From Bigelowiella natans CCMP2755 (taxonomy: Eukaryota; Protista; Cercozoa), in NCBI GenBank assembly GCA_000320545.1, contig ADNK01001186.1:1-64000 (forward strand): DNA of 64,000 nucleotides, read 5' to 3'. Made by a program: the position numbers and the translations under genes. Below are positions 1 to 13,889 of the stretch, one piece after another. The notes beneath the pieces are model-generated. The model searched no databases, was not told where the DNA came from, and saw only the letters and a list, made by a program, of their open reading frames with translations. Each line of letters opens with the position of its first letter. Position 1 is the stretch's first letter.

Positions 1-196
1 CGCACACACACGCACACACACACACACGCGCGCGCGCTCGCTCTCTCTCTCTCTCTCTATCTGAGAGTGCGCACACCCGCTCCCCCCCCGCGCGCGATAG
101 GATACAAAACACACTCTCTCTCTCTCTCTCCCGCGCTCTCTCTCTCTCTCTCTCGTGCGCTCTGGGGCGTGCGTGTGCGTGCCCCCATCTCCGTGC

Positions 197-250
<54 letters not shown>
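1..250. repeat. Compound microsatellite intron (CA/CG/CT/GT/TA)n, typical of introns across the window
   Basis: Consecutive (CA)n, (CG)n, (CT)n, (GT)n and about 20 TA units. Similar compound tracts at 6740-6845, 9165-9215, 9760-9850 and 51545-51610. Confidence 0.95.
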
Positions 251-251
<1 letters not shown>

Positions 252-274
252 CATACATACATTATAATAAAAGG

Positions 275-792
275 CATCGGAGTTCTTCGGAAATGCCCTT
301 CTTCCACTAATAGAGCCGTTGTTAGAGACCGAGCTCCCAGAGGATTGGGAGTCACCACATCTTATCCCTGAGCTCAAGGGGGCGGAGATTGTACGCAAAG
401 GCCGACTTACTGAAAGGTAGACAACAAGCGGAAGCTAAGCCGGTTGTATCCATGCTTTCGCGCATATATTTACGCGCGAGTATGACACATGCACCACCTA
501 GGACAGGACACGCACACAAGCACACGCACGTACACACACACACAAACAAACACATGTGCGTTTCCAGGTTTAGGTACATCGCAGAAATTCGTCGAGAGGC
601 TGAGAGAGTCGCGGCGAGGGCCGCCGCTTCATCGGAGAACAAGGCCTCCTCCTCCTTCTCGTCGTCGTCATCGCTCGTGGTGCATCTCGACGGCCATTTG
701 TTTGACACTGGACTGATGAATCAGGTGCAATTCAGTATGCAGTAGTACAAATCCTTTAGTATAGTTGTAGCAGTAGTAGCAGCAGTAGCAGC

Positions 793-828
<36 letters not shown>

Positions 829-2672
829 CGTAGTCGTAGTAGGTTTAGTAGAAGTAGTAGTATTTTATGAGTGCCTCGAGATAGCGGGGGAGGCCTTGTT
901 CGTTACCCCGATTAACGAACTTGAAAACTGACAAACGATTCCCCGTGTGCGCCGACTACGGCTGGCCATCGCCACTGTCTCGCAATCAGGCGCTAAACCT
1001 GCTGGAGTCGATGGGTGCAAGCTTTGACATCTTGGACGTCGATGTGCGTCCAAACTGGGCGAGTGTGCGCTCCGAGGGCCACGAGGCTAGAACCACGAAT
1101 GTCGGCCACGCGGCTCATAGTTCCACCCCTATGCTAGCACAGCAGCAGCAGCGCAACCGCTCTAGTGCCGTCGTAGAGATCCAACTGCTGGATTTCACGG
1201 ACGACAGGGGGGGCACAGGCTACAGCAAAGACGCGACAGCAGCTGCAGCAGAAGCAGAGAGCATCCTCGCTGCATTGACAAAGCTCGTCGAGGTAACTAG
1301 GCTACCGACAACGATGACGACTATGCCATGTATGATGAAGTTGAGAAAGTTTTTGATTAAATGCGGAACTACAGAGAGAGGTGACAGGGGGGCTCCTTTG
1401 GGGTCCCAAGACCTGCCCGTGTTTTTACCTAACCGCAGCATGCAATGCAATCTTTCCATCAATAGGCTATTCCCGGTGCGGAAGCGACACTTACAGTAGT
1501 TCCTGGCGCAAAGCCACGTGGGTCAACAAGCGCACGGTCGGGCGGAGGAGGGGGGAGCCTATTGCACCTGGAGGAGGAAGAGGAGGGGAAGGAGGCAGCA
1601 GAGGAAAGTCAGCGGCTTGAAACGGTAAGAAGAAGGAAGAGGGTGGGAGGGGAGGTATTTTGCTTGTGTTTCTGACGGAAGAAGACATTTGTGCGCATCT
1701 GGACGATTTTGAATTCGTAGCGGAGAGAGCACGATACCGATGGCAGTGGTTTCCCCTGCAATACTTTTAGTGTGCCGGGAAAGGAATATTGTTACCCCTT
1801 GGGCAATGCCGTCCATTGATTCTCATTCATTCCTCTCGTTGCGTCGCCAACCACCATGGATGAAAACACACTCCTTCATCGCCCTCTTCCCCCCCCCCCC
1901 CCCCCAACCTTCCCCCGGTTTTCTGTTTTTCCTACTAGCTACCACCTCCCGTAGACGCCATATCGGATTCTAAGCGCGTGCTGGTTTTGGGTTCTGGAAT
2001 GGTGGTTGTACCTGCTCTCAAGCGTCTCACGGACAAAGGCTACGATGTCGTTGTTGGGGGGGCGGATTTGAAGCAAGTAGAGGCTGCTCTCGAGAGAGTG
2101 CCTGGTTTTCGTCTCTTCGGGGAAGAGGGAAATGGCGCAAAAGGCAGCATGAAACATAGGAAGGGTACCTTGGAAGCTGTGGAATTGGCGGTGCCGCTTC
2201 CGGGAAGTGGGGGCAGAACGGCAGATATTCAGCGTTTACGAAGAGAAATTTCAAGGGCAGATGTTGTCGTCTCGCTCGTGCCCCCCCCCTTCCATCCGGA
2301 AATCGCATCCATCGCATTAGAGCATGATACGCCGGTAGTGACGGCCAGCTACGTGTCCGACGAAATGAGACGGCGCGTCGGTGAGTTATGCGTAACGTGT
2401 TTCCCTAAGACGTGCGTTCGTTGCAATTGGTTCTAGATGATGATGATGATGAACAACAACCACATGATCATCATTATTATCATCATCATCATCATCTTTT
2501 CCTTCTTCTTCTTCTCGGTTACTCCAGGAAAGCAGGCCGAGGAGAAGCGTATTCCCATTTTGTGTGAGATGGGCTTGGACCCTGGTTTGGATCATATGTG
2601 CATTGCCAAGTTTATCGACGAGGTACGGTACTTAACCGTGCTACGTGATGACAAAAGGGAGAGAGAAAGAGA

Positions 2673-2716
<44 letters not shown>

Positions 2717-4604
2717 ATCGTACTTCCGACTATTGAAGAAAAAGGTTCTCCTCCTCTTCCACCCATGGAAAAGAAGTTGTGCAACCTAAAAGTACTTTAA
2801 ACATTCGGATGAGAATGAAGTTGCATTTAACTTACAGGGCATCAACAACGGCGCTCCGCCATTACATACATTCGAGAGTGTGTGTGGCGGGATCCCTTCC
2901 TTAGAGGCAGTGGACAACCCGCTCAAGTATAAGTTCTCATGGTCGCCTAAAGGGGTCTTGACTGCTGCTTCCGCGTCTTGCAAGTAGGAACGATGTGATG
3001 GAGGTGCATGTAGCTAGTTGGGAGGGTGGATGGTGACGATGATGACAATTATGATGATATTTCGCATTTTCATGTGCCCACACTTTCCACTTGATTTATG
3101 CATGCAACAGGTACCGCTCCAACGGAGAGGTTCGCTCTCATTCCCCGCCTACGACCTACGAATCTGTTCTCAAATCGGCACACTTTCCAGGCTTGGACCT
3201 GGAAGTGTCTCCAAATCGAGACTCGCTAGCATACGAATCCGTGTATGATGGCATTCGCTCGGGTGGGGGAGTTGTTCCCAACTTCATGAGAGGCACTCTG
3301 AGGCACAGGTTAGGTCGAATCAAAAAGAAGAAGGAGGAGCACACGGCCACGCCTTCGCATTGATATTTGCTGGAGTGAGCCACTAAGACAATATGCTCTT
3401 TACGTTCTCGTTGCACACAGGGGTTGGGCGGAAGCGATGCATGCAGCGTTTAGACTTGGCCTTTTAAGCGACAAAAAGATCGACAAGAAGGTCTCTACAT
3501 GGTCAGAGGTAATCCATAGATTACACACATCTTAATCCCCTCCCCCCCTTCCTTCCCCCCTTTCGCAAAGAGGTGTTTTGCAATAGCAAACCAAGACCTA
3601 TCTTCCTTAGCATAACTGTGTGCGATAAGTTTATCCTGCAATATCTTTTAATGAAGGTCGTGAAAGCTGTCGGTGCAGACGAAGATTTGCTGGATGTTTA
3701 TGCAAAGGAGGACGCAGGAGTAGCAGGAGAGATGGTTCGGTGGGCACTCGTCGAGAGTGAAGACATCACGCGACTTCTCCCAACTCCAACCGGTTTGTTT
3801 AGTGCATGCTTATAGTTATGCTGCTGGAAATCATAGATGCTAACACAAAAGTCTCCAAAATCCAATCGCAATCCATGTGTTATAAGTGTTGCATTCACCA
3901 TTTAAGTCTGCCATATAATCGCATAATACATTGCCAGCAGGAGCTTCCGCGGAGTGGTCTCCTGTTGATTTGTTTGCGAACGCTTTATGGGAAAAGTCAC
4001 AATACCGCTTGGGAGAGCAGGACTTGGCACTGATGAGCAACACGCTGCAATTTGGCCGAGCAGATGAGACGGTATCAGCATCATGTTTTCAAAATTTCGG
4101 GAGTAAAGCATAACGGAGTATAAATCCACTGACACGCTGTGAGATGTATATTGAGGATTTTTCTCTGAGAGCTGATCTCAAGTTTCAACATGGAAATTTG
4201 AATAGTGAAGAAAATTATTGCAAGAGTAGAGATTCTCCCAGACGTATTGTATTGGACGGAACAAAAGATATTATTGAAATGACGGCGATTTGCCGTAGAA
4301 ACTTACAACAAGAAATGATCATCAAATTTCTTTCAAACAATTATTAATTTTATAATAGGGGGGCTACATGGCTCGTGGTAGTCTGCACGTTAAAGGCGAT
4401 GGATCTCCTGAAGGCAGCGCCATGGCTCGCACGGTGGGCTTTACTGCTGCTGCAGGAGCTGAGATAATTTTAGAAGGCGGTTTAAATTCTCTAGATACTG
4501 GCGGAGGGATTATTCGTCCCACGATTCCTCAAGTATACGAACCAGCGCTTAAGATTTTAGAAGAATGCGGGGTAAAATTTAATGAAGACCACCAGTATCT
4601 GTAG
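275..4604 (+). CDS. AASS: Bifunctional lysine-ketoglutarate reductase/saccharopine dehydrogenase (alpha-aminoadipic semialdehyde synthase); multi-exon, 5' part lies upstream of the window
   Basis: Exons translate in the expected order: LKR C-terminus (ASEFFGNALLPL..IVRKGRLT..RYIAEIR), inter-domain (HLDGHLFDTGLMNQ), Rossmann motif (RVLVLGSGMV), ADVVVSLVP..H, VVTASYVS, EMGLDPGLDHM, CGGIP..DNPLKYKFSWSPKGVL, PNRDSLAY, FMRGTLR, and C-terminal SAMARTVGFTAA..PTIPQVYEPALKIL. Confidence 0.92.
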
Positions 4605-4619
4605 ATTTGATTGGAGGTC

Positions 4620-5770
4620 AAGTCTAGAGAGAAGTTTTATTTGCCATCTACGTGCTTGCATGTTCACTACAATGAGCAAATTGTCCAGAAACGTGATGAT
4701 TTGCACACATCAATGTGCGCTCGAGCTCATCACCCAAATACTGAGGTTGTACGTCAAGATTCGCATTGTGATTCGCACAAGTTTTGTCGTTGCATGGCTG
4801 GGAACATGGCTACATGTAGATGACCCAACACAATGCAACAGATCGGAGATGTCCAGATACTAGCTTGCCGCCGCTCATGAGCCACACCCCACATTTCATT
4901 TCCCTGCTGTCCGCTGTCGAACAAAATCAGTTGCATCATCAATGTGTGATTTGATTGCCATGTCTTTCTTCTTGCGTTTTCATTTTGTGCAGTCTAGCAG
5001 TGCATCTCTTCTGCTAATTCATCTTTGTGTTCTTCGATCAGCATCTTCAACACACGTGATCCTGTGATCGCACCGTTTTGTTGTTTTTTGCTTGTCTATT
5101 ATTTGACGACTTGCACCCAGTGCCAGCTTGGCTAGCTAGCATGACCAGCTAGCTAGCTAGCTGCAGCTAGCAGTGTCAGCACGCCGCCGCGAGCTCAAAT
5201 GATGTGCCTGCTGCTGTCACTGCGGTGTGCTGAGCATGAACATGCACCTGCTGCATCTGTCCAACAGTGCAACTTGTGGCACTCGGTGCACTTTTGTGAG
5301 TTGCAACCTTGGTGGGAACGGCCAACAAACCTTTCTAGCTTTCCAGCTAGCCAGTTTCGGTGAATGCATGTGCATCACAGGATGTCGAATTTGAAGATGC
5401 TTTGGAGGATCAATGCTGGAATGGGCGAAACCTGGGTGCGAAATGTGCGAACACACCATTGCTGGGCTGGGTCTTTGAGGCATCGGAAAAATGCGAATTG
5501 CTGCGGCCATTCTGGCTAGCTAGCTAGCCGGGGGGCTTGAGCAATGAACGATGAACAATGAACAATGAGCAATGAGACTGGACAATGAACAAGCAATGAA
5601 CAATGATGAAAACCCACACTTCCAAAGTGTGGCAAGACACTTGCATTGCACGAAATGCAGTGCCTCGAACTAGCCTCAGTGAGGACCAACTGGCAAACTA
5701 GCAGGGTTCATGCAAGTTGGCATGACTAGGGAGCATCATTCGCAGATGGCTAGATGGTGGCAACCACTCG
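4620..5770. other. TpA-depleted, CTAG-rich intergenic island 1
   Basis: Between 4861 and 5770 almost every TA lies in CTAG (exceptions CTAA ~5014, CTAT/TTAT ~5097-5101). GCTAGCTAGC arrays at 5131-5171 and 5516-5528. Confidence 0.9.
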
Positions 5771-6025
5771 AATTAGCCTGTAAATCCTTCCTACGACAAC
5801 CACAAATTCGTGTCTAGATTTAGATTTATAGATTCCATTTCGAAACTTCGTGAGCTGGCAAATGCGAAACCATCCGGGATTCGAGTCGAATCCCAGCCTG
5901 AGAATCTCCAATTGTCTCAGATGCAAAATCCTGTCCATTTATTGAAGTCGACTGAGGAAAACCTGTGTCGCAGCTTATTTGCGCTCCTCCGCGGAATTGG
6001 TTCCATACGCCTTTCTCCCTCCGCG

Positions 6026-6750
6026 ATGAGAGCTACTCGCATGATGTCCTGTCCGTCGGCCAGGAGGTGGGCTCTTAAGCTTCAGAAGTACCCGACGGTA
6101 ATTACTAGAGCGCGGCCTAATTTCAATGATGAACTGTAGCAAATATGCGCTTAAATGTCTTCTATGCCGCTCATCTAGCAGCGTTTTGGAGGTCCCGGCA
6201 CCGCAGCTGTTCCTTCTTGCTCCCCGCCACGATGTTGGTTTGGGGTGATTCGTGACGGATGGGAGGAACACATGCCTGAGTATTCGATAACGCGCAAACA
6301 GAGAAAGGTGCGTTCCTTTTTTTTTTAGATAAGCCATATAAATACGACATGCAAATCATGTTCTCTGTGGTGACTCCTCTTTGATCAAAATCGTCACCTT
6401 GTCTATTAATAACAACCCCGTCCCCCCGCCCCCAATTAGATTCGTGAACGAACCGAGGAACAGAACCGCATGAGGACCCGCTCGGCGAAAAAGTGATTCC
6501 CATAATCCTTGGATCTACCAGCTGTTCTTGAGATAGGATTTCGCTTTTTATTCCCCCCCCCCGTATCAGAGAGCAACATGCTCTTTCCTTTCTCGCATAT
6601 AACGCGTTTTATATACCCAATTTTAGTATAAACAAGGCCTTGAAGGCCACCGACGAATTTGTAGGAATGGAGGTAGTTGCCTTGTACATCGATAGGGATG
6701 TAGCGAGCGCTCTTTCACGGATCAACAATAATCGTACGCACACGCGCGCG

Positions 6751-6797
<47 letters not shown>

Positions 6798-6798
6798 C

Positions 6799-6846
<48 letters not shown>

Positions 6847-6963
6847 TCTTGTACTGATATCATTACCTTTTACCACACGCAAAACACAATAGTTTTTCCC
6901 TGATATTTAAGGTCGTTTTTCTCGGAACGGCAGGGAACATGCCCACAGCGTAACCAACCATGC

Positions 6964-7008
<45 letters not shown>

Positions 7009-7135
7009 GATTCATAAACAACCGATTACTTTCAAAATATGATTATATCTTTCCAGCACTCCTAATAAGAGTGTGTGTGTGTGTGTGTATGTCCGTCTGT
7101 TGCCGTGTCAGAAAAGGGGAGAGAGAGAGAGAGAC

Positions 7136-7187
<52 letters not shown>

Positions 7188-7599
7188 CATCTTTGCAGAA
7201 TTTCGATTTGTGCATCTTCGTGTTGCAATCCCGTTTTTCTCTCGGCTAAGAACAGACGCACATTATGATCCTGACCCCGCTGCTTCCCAGGTTCCGCAAC
7301 TGCTCATCCCTAGCGCTGCGTATGGAAGGGTCGACCTACCTGTTTGACTGTGGGGAGGGAGCCCAGTCTCAGGTTGTTTGTTTTTGGGAACGGATCGGTC
7401 CGAATTGTTCGCAAGATGTCATCATCCGCAAAATGCCACTCTATCATGCGTTCGACTGGCTCGCGCTTTATTTACGAGATGGTTCCCCACGAACAAGTAT
7501 TATGAATGCGTCTTACTTAGATCCTTCGCTCTCCACGGCTGAGTTTTGCGTCAATCGACAAGATATTCGTCACGCACATGCATGGAGACCATGTCTTTG

Positions 7600-7635
<36 letters not shown>

Positions 7636-7667
7636 ACAGATGCTGATGTAGCTGAGAATGTAGTAGT

Positions 7668-7714
<47 letters not shown>

Positions 7715-8272
7715 ACAGTTACTCACTCTCACACACACAATCACGAATGGCATATCTCTCCCTCCCCCCCCCCCCTCCATAACTCCCTCGATTCCAAAAG
7801 GACTGCCCGGGCTGCTGGCTTCAGTGACCAATGCAAAGAAGGAGTCTCGCCAGGCCGGAAAGGTGTCATCACAGCCTGATGCTACTACACTGAAATTATA
7901 CATAAACGGCTGCCAACGTTGTGGGATAGGGGCGGTATAGAAGAGCTGGGTGAGGATAATTTCATTCATTTTTCGTGTCATTTTTAATGCTTCGTGGCTT
8001 CCAGAGATCGGTCATGCCGATAAGACTGACTACCAATCCCTGCCCTCTAGTTCTTCTTCTTCTTCATATTGCTCCTGATCATCATCATCATCACCATCGT
8101 CAGGAGCAACCTCCCATAGACATTTACGGGCCTCAAGGACTAGGTAGCAGTCGATTGGAAATACGTATTCGATTAGGGACGGGGGGGGGGGGGGCGGAAG
8201 GGGGAGAGGGAAGGGAAAAGAGGGAGAGATTTGCCATTCTAATCGGCTCAAGAAACTTGAGCGTATTGTATT

Positions 8273-8316
<44 letters not shown>

Positions 8317-8609
8317 CATTGCGGCTGATATGCTACTTCAGGAGAATACTTGAATGTGATGGGAATGACAAATACTTTCGAGACGAAGCCTAGAGTACTA
8401 GTACAGTAGTAGAAGAAGAGACACAGTTGTAGTAATACTAGTACTAGTAGTATTGATAGTAGCGGAAATAGTAGCTGTAAGTAAGGAAGTGCTAGCCATT
8501 CTTCCAACTAACCAGCACGTCGTTTGAGCCTTCTAATTGCCGAATGAATAAAGAAGTCACAACGAAGGATTTTCCGTTTAAACTCGTAACCTACACATCA
8601 ACACAGTCA

Positions 8610-8649
<40 letters not shown>

Positions 8650-9176
8650 CACTTACTCGCACTGACACATATTTAGTTCAATCTTCACGAGCTGAAAGAT
8701 CCTGACTATGTGGGGGTAAGTACTAGTGGTAGTAGGAGCAGCAGCAGTAGCAGTAGTTGTAGAAAGCTATGCTTGATGAGCACAACGCCGCTCTCGCATT
8801 ATCATTACGCACTCAGGAAGCGTAAGTACGTTTGCTGTCTGTACGTTGTTATCGTCATCGTCTCCTAACAGCCAGGCCCTCGTACTGGTTGGTCTATTTG
8901 TTGTTGTTGTTGTTGTTGTTAGGGCAAGCGCCTACACCATCAGATAAAGACGAGCGGCCCCGGTGATGACTGCGATTACAGGATGATGATGACGATGATG
9001 TTTTTGATGATGATAATGATGGTGATGGTGATGATGATGATGATGATGATGATTGCAGCAAGGATATAGAATATACTTTGCCTTCGGCTGATATAATACA
9101 GCAGTTTTGATGCATACCATCCAGCAAATTTATCACAAGAGAAAAATGCGGAGGATTTGCTTCTTCTGCGCGCGCG

Positions 9177-9219
<43 letters not shown>

Positions 9220-9425
9220 GCACACACGCGCGCACTTGAGAACGCTGTTTTAATTCTTCTAACCATTGATCTTGCTACTACTACTACTACTACCACTACT
9301 ACTACTACTGGTACCCAATATCAGGGGCTGGTGTGTTTGACGTGTGCGAAGATGATAAATGCGTCGTTAAAGCGGTAGGAGGCATAGCAGCAGAATATGA
9401 CACAAATATATAAATATGATACACT

Positions 9426-9481
<56 letters not shown>

Positions 9482-9756
9482 AATGGGTGTATTTAAATAA
9501 GTGTAGATAAATTGTCCTCTAATACATGCTGCTACTCGCAGCTCGACGACGACGATGATGATGACGATGATGATGAGAGAGCCTTGATTTTTGAATTAGG
9601 TTATGCTTCCACACGCTCCAAACATGAAATCCATCGCCTACGTGGTCCAGGTGAAGGATCGGTCCTTTTTAAGGACAAGAACATGGCATAGCATTGCAGA
9701 TAGACTAGAGGGAGGACGACTGCGAAAGAGAGTGGAACTAGATTCCAACAATATTC

Positions 9757-9808
<52 letters not shown>

Positions 9809-9813
9809 TTTAC

Positions 9814-9847
<34 letters not shown>

Positions 9848-10079
9848 ATAAATATATATTATATTAAAAATCTGTGTAGTCTGTCTGTCTCTGTGTGTGT
9901 GTGTGTGTGTGTAAAAGTTATATATGTGTTTGTGTGGTGATATGCCCAGGAAAAGAGCATCGTTGGACGCGTAGATGTGAAGGCATTGTCAGCTCGCGGG
10001 GTTCTGCCGGTATAAAATTACTACGATGGTGTGCAATGTTTATGCCCCCAAATTTTACGTGTATAAAGATGTATTATAT

Positions 10080-10115
<36 letters not shown>

Positions 10116-10309
10116 AGGGCCCTATCTACAAGAGAATCAAGAATGGAGAGAAGATAACTCTTCCAAATGGCGACGTGGTTGTCTTTTCTTAGACTTGCGA
10201 CGACGTTCTTATGTCAGCTATATTCTGTTTGTGAAAAGTCCGGAAAGTGCACCCGCATTTCCATTCTTTCGTCTTCTTACATCTCCCCCCGCCCTCCTTT
10301 TCCCTCCAG

Positions 10310-10348
<39 letters not shown>

Positions 10349-11868
10349 GACTACACAAAAACACAATGCGTAACTATATTTTTCATGCGTGTTCTCTGCG
10401 TACATCGATTAGATAAACGGAGCGGACTTCTTAGGACCTCGAAAGCCAGGGCGAAAAATCGGTGAGGAGAAGAAGAAAAACACGACAAACAGAAGAAGAA
10501 GAAGAAGAAGAAGATAGGAAGAAGAAAGAACATAGGAGTAGCTTTACTGTGGTCTTCCTGCAATTCCCCGATATACATTATGTACGTGGGTGTTTGTGGG
10601 ATATGAGTTTCTACCAAGCTGCTGCTATGTTTTACACGTTTGGTCGAATTTTTTGTGTTCTCTAGGGGACATAAAAAGAGAACCCCCCCCCCCCCCCCTC
10701 CCCTTTGCCCCCGCTTCTCTCCCTTTTTGTTGAGAGCATTTGTGCTTTCAGTGGGCACCAACGCATGCCAACATAACACGGGAATAATCAGCTTGATTAG
10801 ATTTTCCGACATGACGTGTGTGTGGGGGGGGGGGGGGGGGGTGCGCGTTTGATGTGGTGATAACGTACCTATGCCCTTCTGCTCCCCCGCCACAGCAATC
10901 GTGATGGACAACAAGAACTCGGAAGGCGTCGTTGATTTAGCTTACGGAGCGGATGTCATGGTTAGAAATCGCCTCGTCGTAGCAGTAGAAAGCCTCTGAG
11001 AGTGGCTTGACATCGCTCGAATAGCGTCCATATTTCTGCTGCGACACTACTATTCTCCATGGGTTGAACGTCACGCTTTCCCTCCGCCCTCGATCATTGT
11101 TAGATTCATGAGTCCAGCTTCGAGGCGGGGCTCCGTAAGGTGGCGGAGAAGAAGGGCCATTGCACGTCGAAGATGGCAGGGGAGACGGCGAGAGAAGCGG
11201 GTAGTTGAGGGCTAACCGAAGTACAATGCCGTCAAAGCAGCATTTATGGGGCGGAGAGAAGATGGGAGTTATTCTGCCCCCACCCCCCCCCCTCCCCCCC
11301 TCCTTTATGTTCCGTGAGTTCTGGAAATCGCGTGGATTCTCCTTGCGTGCTGATGCGGAGGGGGAGACAAGGATGATACTGATAATGATGATGATGATGG
11401 TGGTGGTGGTGGTGCTTTCGCAGGAGTCAAGCAGCTTGTGTTGACGCATTTCAGTAATCGCTACGCCTTACTCAACTCGGTCGTTGTCAGTCTAAATTAT
11501 TGACCAGTTTTCTCGTGATTCATCTCATGCGAACGATTGGGAAAATCAATCCAACACCTCCGCGCGTTAAAGCACTGGCTCGCATTGTCGGCTGGGGGGA
11601 GATTAACGTACAATGCCATCTTTTGCCATTAGGTGCCTGGCCTCCCAGGTGTTGATCTTCTCGTTGATGAAGCAATGGAAGCTTTCAGATCTGATAATGT
11701 ACGTCTCGATGTGTATTCACTCATGCGCCCTCTATGTGTGTGTGTTGTGTGTGTGTGTGTGTGTGTGTGATTATTTCTCAGCCGTGCGTTTTATTTTTTA
11801 TAACTTTACAGGTTGTGGCTGCGATAGACTTTATGTCGATTCCTATTACCAGAGCCTCCTCGGATTAG
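6026..11868 (+). CDS. RNZ: Ribonuclease Z (short-form tRNase Z, ELAC1/Rnz-like) with N-terminal extension; multi-exon, start codon uncertain
   Basis: Spliced exons give [55 protein letters not shown] (HxHxDH), DIYGPQGL, exosite GPIYKRIKNGEKITLPNG, GADVM-IHESSF..KKGHCTSKMAG, LVLTHFSNRY, and VVAAIDFMSIPITRASSD* (TAG 11866-11868). Confidence 0.92.
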
Positions 11869-12006
11869 TATCTTCGTCGTAGTGATGGCTGCAGTGCTTT
11901 CGTGTGTATGGGCGCATGTCAATAATATATTGGAAGATTAGTATCTTCGTCGTAGTGATGGCTGCAGTGCTTTCGTGTGTATGGGCGCATGTCAATAATA
12001 TATTGG
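11863..12006 (+). repeat. 71-bp perfect tandem duplication starting at the RNase Z stop codon
   Basis: 11863-11933 is identical to 11936-12006 (gattagtatcttcgtcgtag...aataatatattgg), with a 2-nt spacer. Confidence 0.95.
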
Positions 12007-12019
12007 TATAGCAAGATAT

Positions 12020-12270
12020 TTCTGACGCATGCAAGCACATTACCACCTAGGCTGAGCTAGCTGAGGCCATCATGTGCGCCTGGCTACGCTTGCATGCATA
12101 TCTAGATGTGCACAAGTGTGTGTGTGCGTGTGCGCATGCTAGCATGTGCGTGTCTCTGCCAAATGCTCTGCAGCAGCAAATGCTTTGACATGGCTACGAT
12201 CACACTAGCTAGCTAGCACATACAGCATCGAAGTTCGAGCTGCTAGTCGAAGAAGGCGGGGTGCTTGCTA
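12020..12270. other. TpA-depleted island 2 (short), between the convergent RNZ and ABCC 3' ends
   Basis: Residual TA mostly in CTAG/CTA; gcatgctagcatg and ctagctagctagc motifs. Confidence 0.75.
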
Positions 12271-12303
12271 CTAATTGATGTTCTACCATCATCCGTTTTA
12301 CAT

Positions 12304-13857
12304 TCATTCCTTTTCTTCCAGTGCTTCTGAACTTCGATTTGACGACCGACGCCATTCGCTCACCAGCCCAGTCAGCAGACCCTGGTCCTTCTTAAGCAGG
12401 TCTGCGGGAGCTCCATACTCCCCGACTCTGCCTTTTTCCATCACAAGTACCCTGTCGAACCGCTCGATGTGCTCGAGCCGGTGGCAGATCACGAGCACTG
12501 TGCGCCGTAGCGAAAATAACACTTTATGAATCTGGAGGTCGGTGGCAAAGTCCACCTGCAATTGCGCCGGGTTGTTGTTGCGACATGCAATAATATTGGA
12601 AATAACGGGTGAGTCGTAAGCAGAAGCAGAATCAGCAAGATTAAGAAAATAGTAGAGCTATTGGACGCAGTTTCGTATTTTCAAATTTTGTTCCTGAGGA
12701 AGATGCTAGTGGGTAATTTCACGCCCCCTTTCTTCTCTCCTCCCTCCTACTCCTCTTTTCAAACGCACATTTGCTGTAGGTTCATCGCATATGAGGAGCC
12801 CTGTGGGGTCTATCAGAGCTCTCGCCAGACAGATGAGTTGCTTTTCCCCTTCGGAGAGATTTGAGCCTCCTTCTGAGATTTGGGTGTGCAGCCCACCTCC
12901 CCCCGGCAGGGACCGGACCGCATCTGCAACCCCTACTCGCTCCAGAAGCGCCCATACATTTTCTTCTGATGGTTGTGAGTGAATGACGCACGAGGAATAA
13001 GACCCTGGCGAAGATGTATGCTACTTCCATAAGTAGTCTAAGAAAGAAGACCCGAAAATGTGTGCGAGAAGAGAGATTAAGAAGAGGGGAAGGGGGGGGG
13101 GAAGGGGGGGTGAAGGAGAAACAGTTTTCTCTTGAGAATGCGGTTGGAGGAAATTCTATTCTCACCTGCAGCAGCGGTAGCGTTACCTGTTCTTCCCCTC
13201 ATATCCTGTTTCGCCCCATGTCTCTTCCCCCTCGCCCCCACCCGCTTCCCCTCTTCTCCAAGTTGGAAGTTCTCAAGGATGGTGCCCTGGAATAAGGCAG
13301 GGGTTTGTGGGATGTACGTTATCGAGTCTCGTAGCTGCCTCAGCGATATCGTTTTGATGTCTCTTCCATCCAGCAAGATCCGCCCCGAGCATAGACCATA
13401 CGCTCGAGCGATGGCAAGGCACAACGAGCTTTTCCCCGCCCCTGTCCGTCCGACAATGGCAATTTTATGCCCAGCCTTGACTCTGAAACTCAGTCCTTTC
13501 AAAGCGTAGTGGTAGTAATTGCTGCTGTGGCTTGGCGTTCCCCTGCTGGGGGCTCCATCAACTTCTGTTTCCCTGTCGTCCCCTGCTCTCTGGCCTGGAT
13601 CGCCATTCATGGCAGTCTTCTTGCTTTCGCTGGAAGGGCGTTGTTTTTGGTAACGGAGATGTACACTCTCAAAGCTGATGCTCATTGCCGCCGCTACGTC
13701 CGTCGCCAAATCCTCCTCCCCCTCGTTGTTGTCGTCATTGTTGTAGCCACGATCCCTGGCCTTATCATCATTAAGAGATGAAATGACGGCAGCAATCGGA
13801 GAAGAGTTGATGGAGTAGATGTGTTGATGATGATGAAGAGCCCCCTCAGACAACAGG

Positions 13858-13889
<32 letters not shown>

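Noticed and set aside
5400-5515. Dehydrogenase-like fragment (TIAGLGL*GIGKMRIAAA) in island 1
   Set aside because: Too short, interrupted by a stop, and in mutated DNA; cannot assign.
8894-9378. Many ORFs with poly-I/Y/V/C/H/T runs here and across the window
   Set aside because: They are translations of intronic microsatellites with no domain content.
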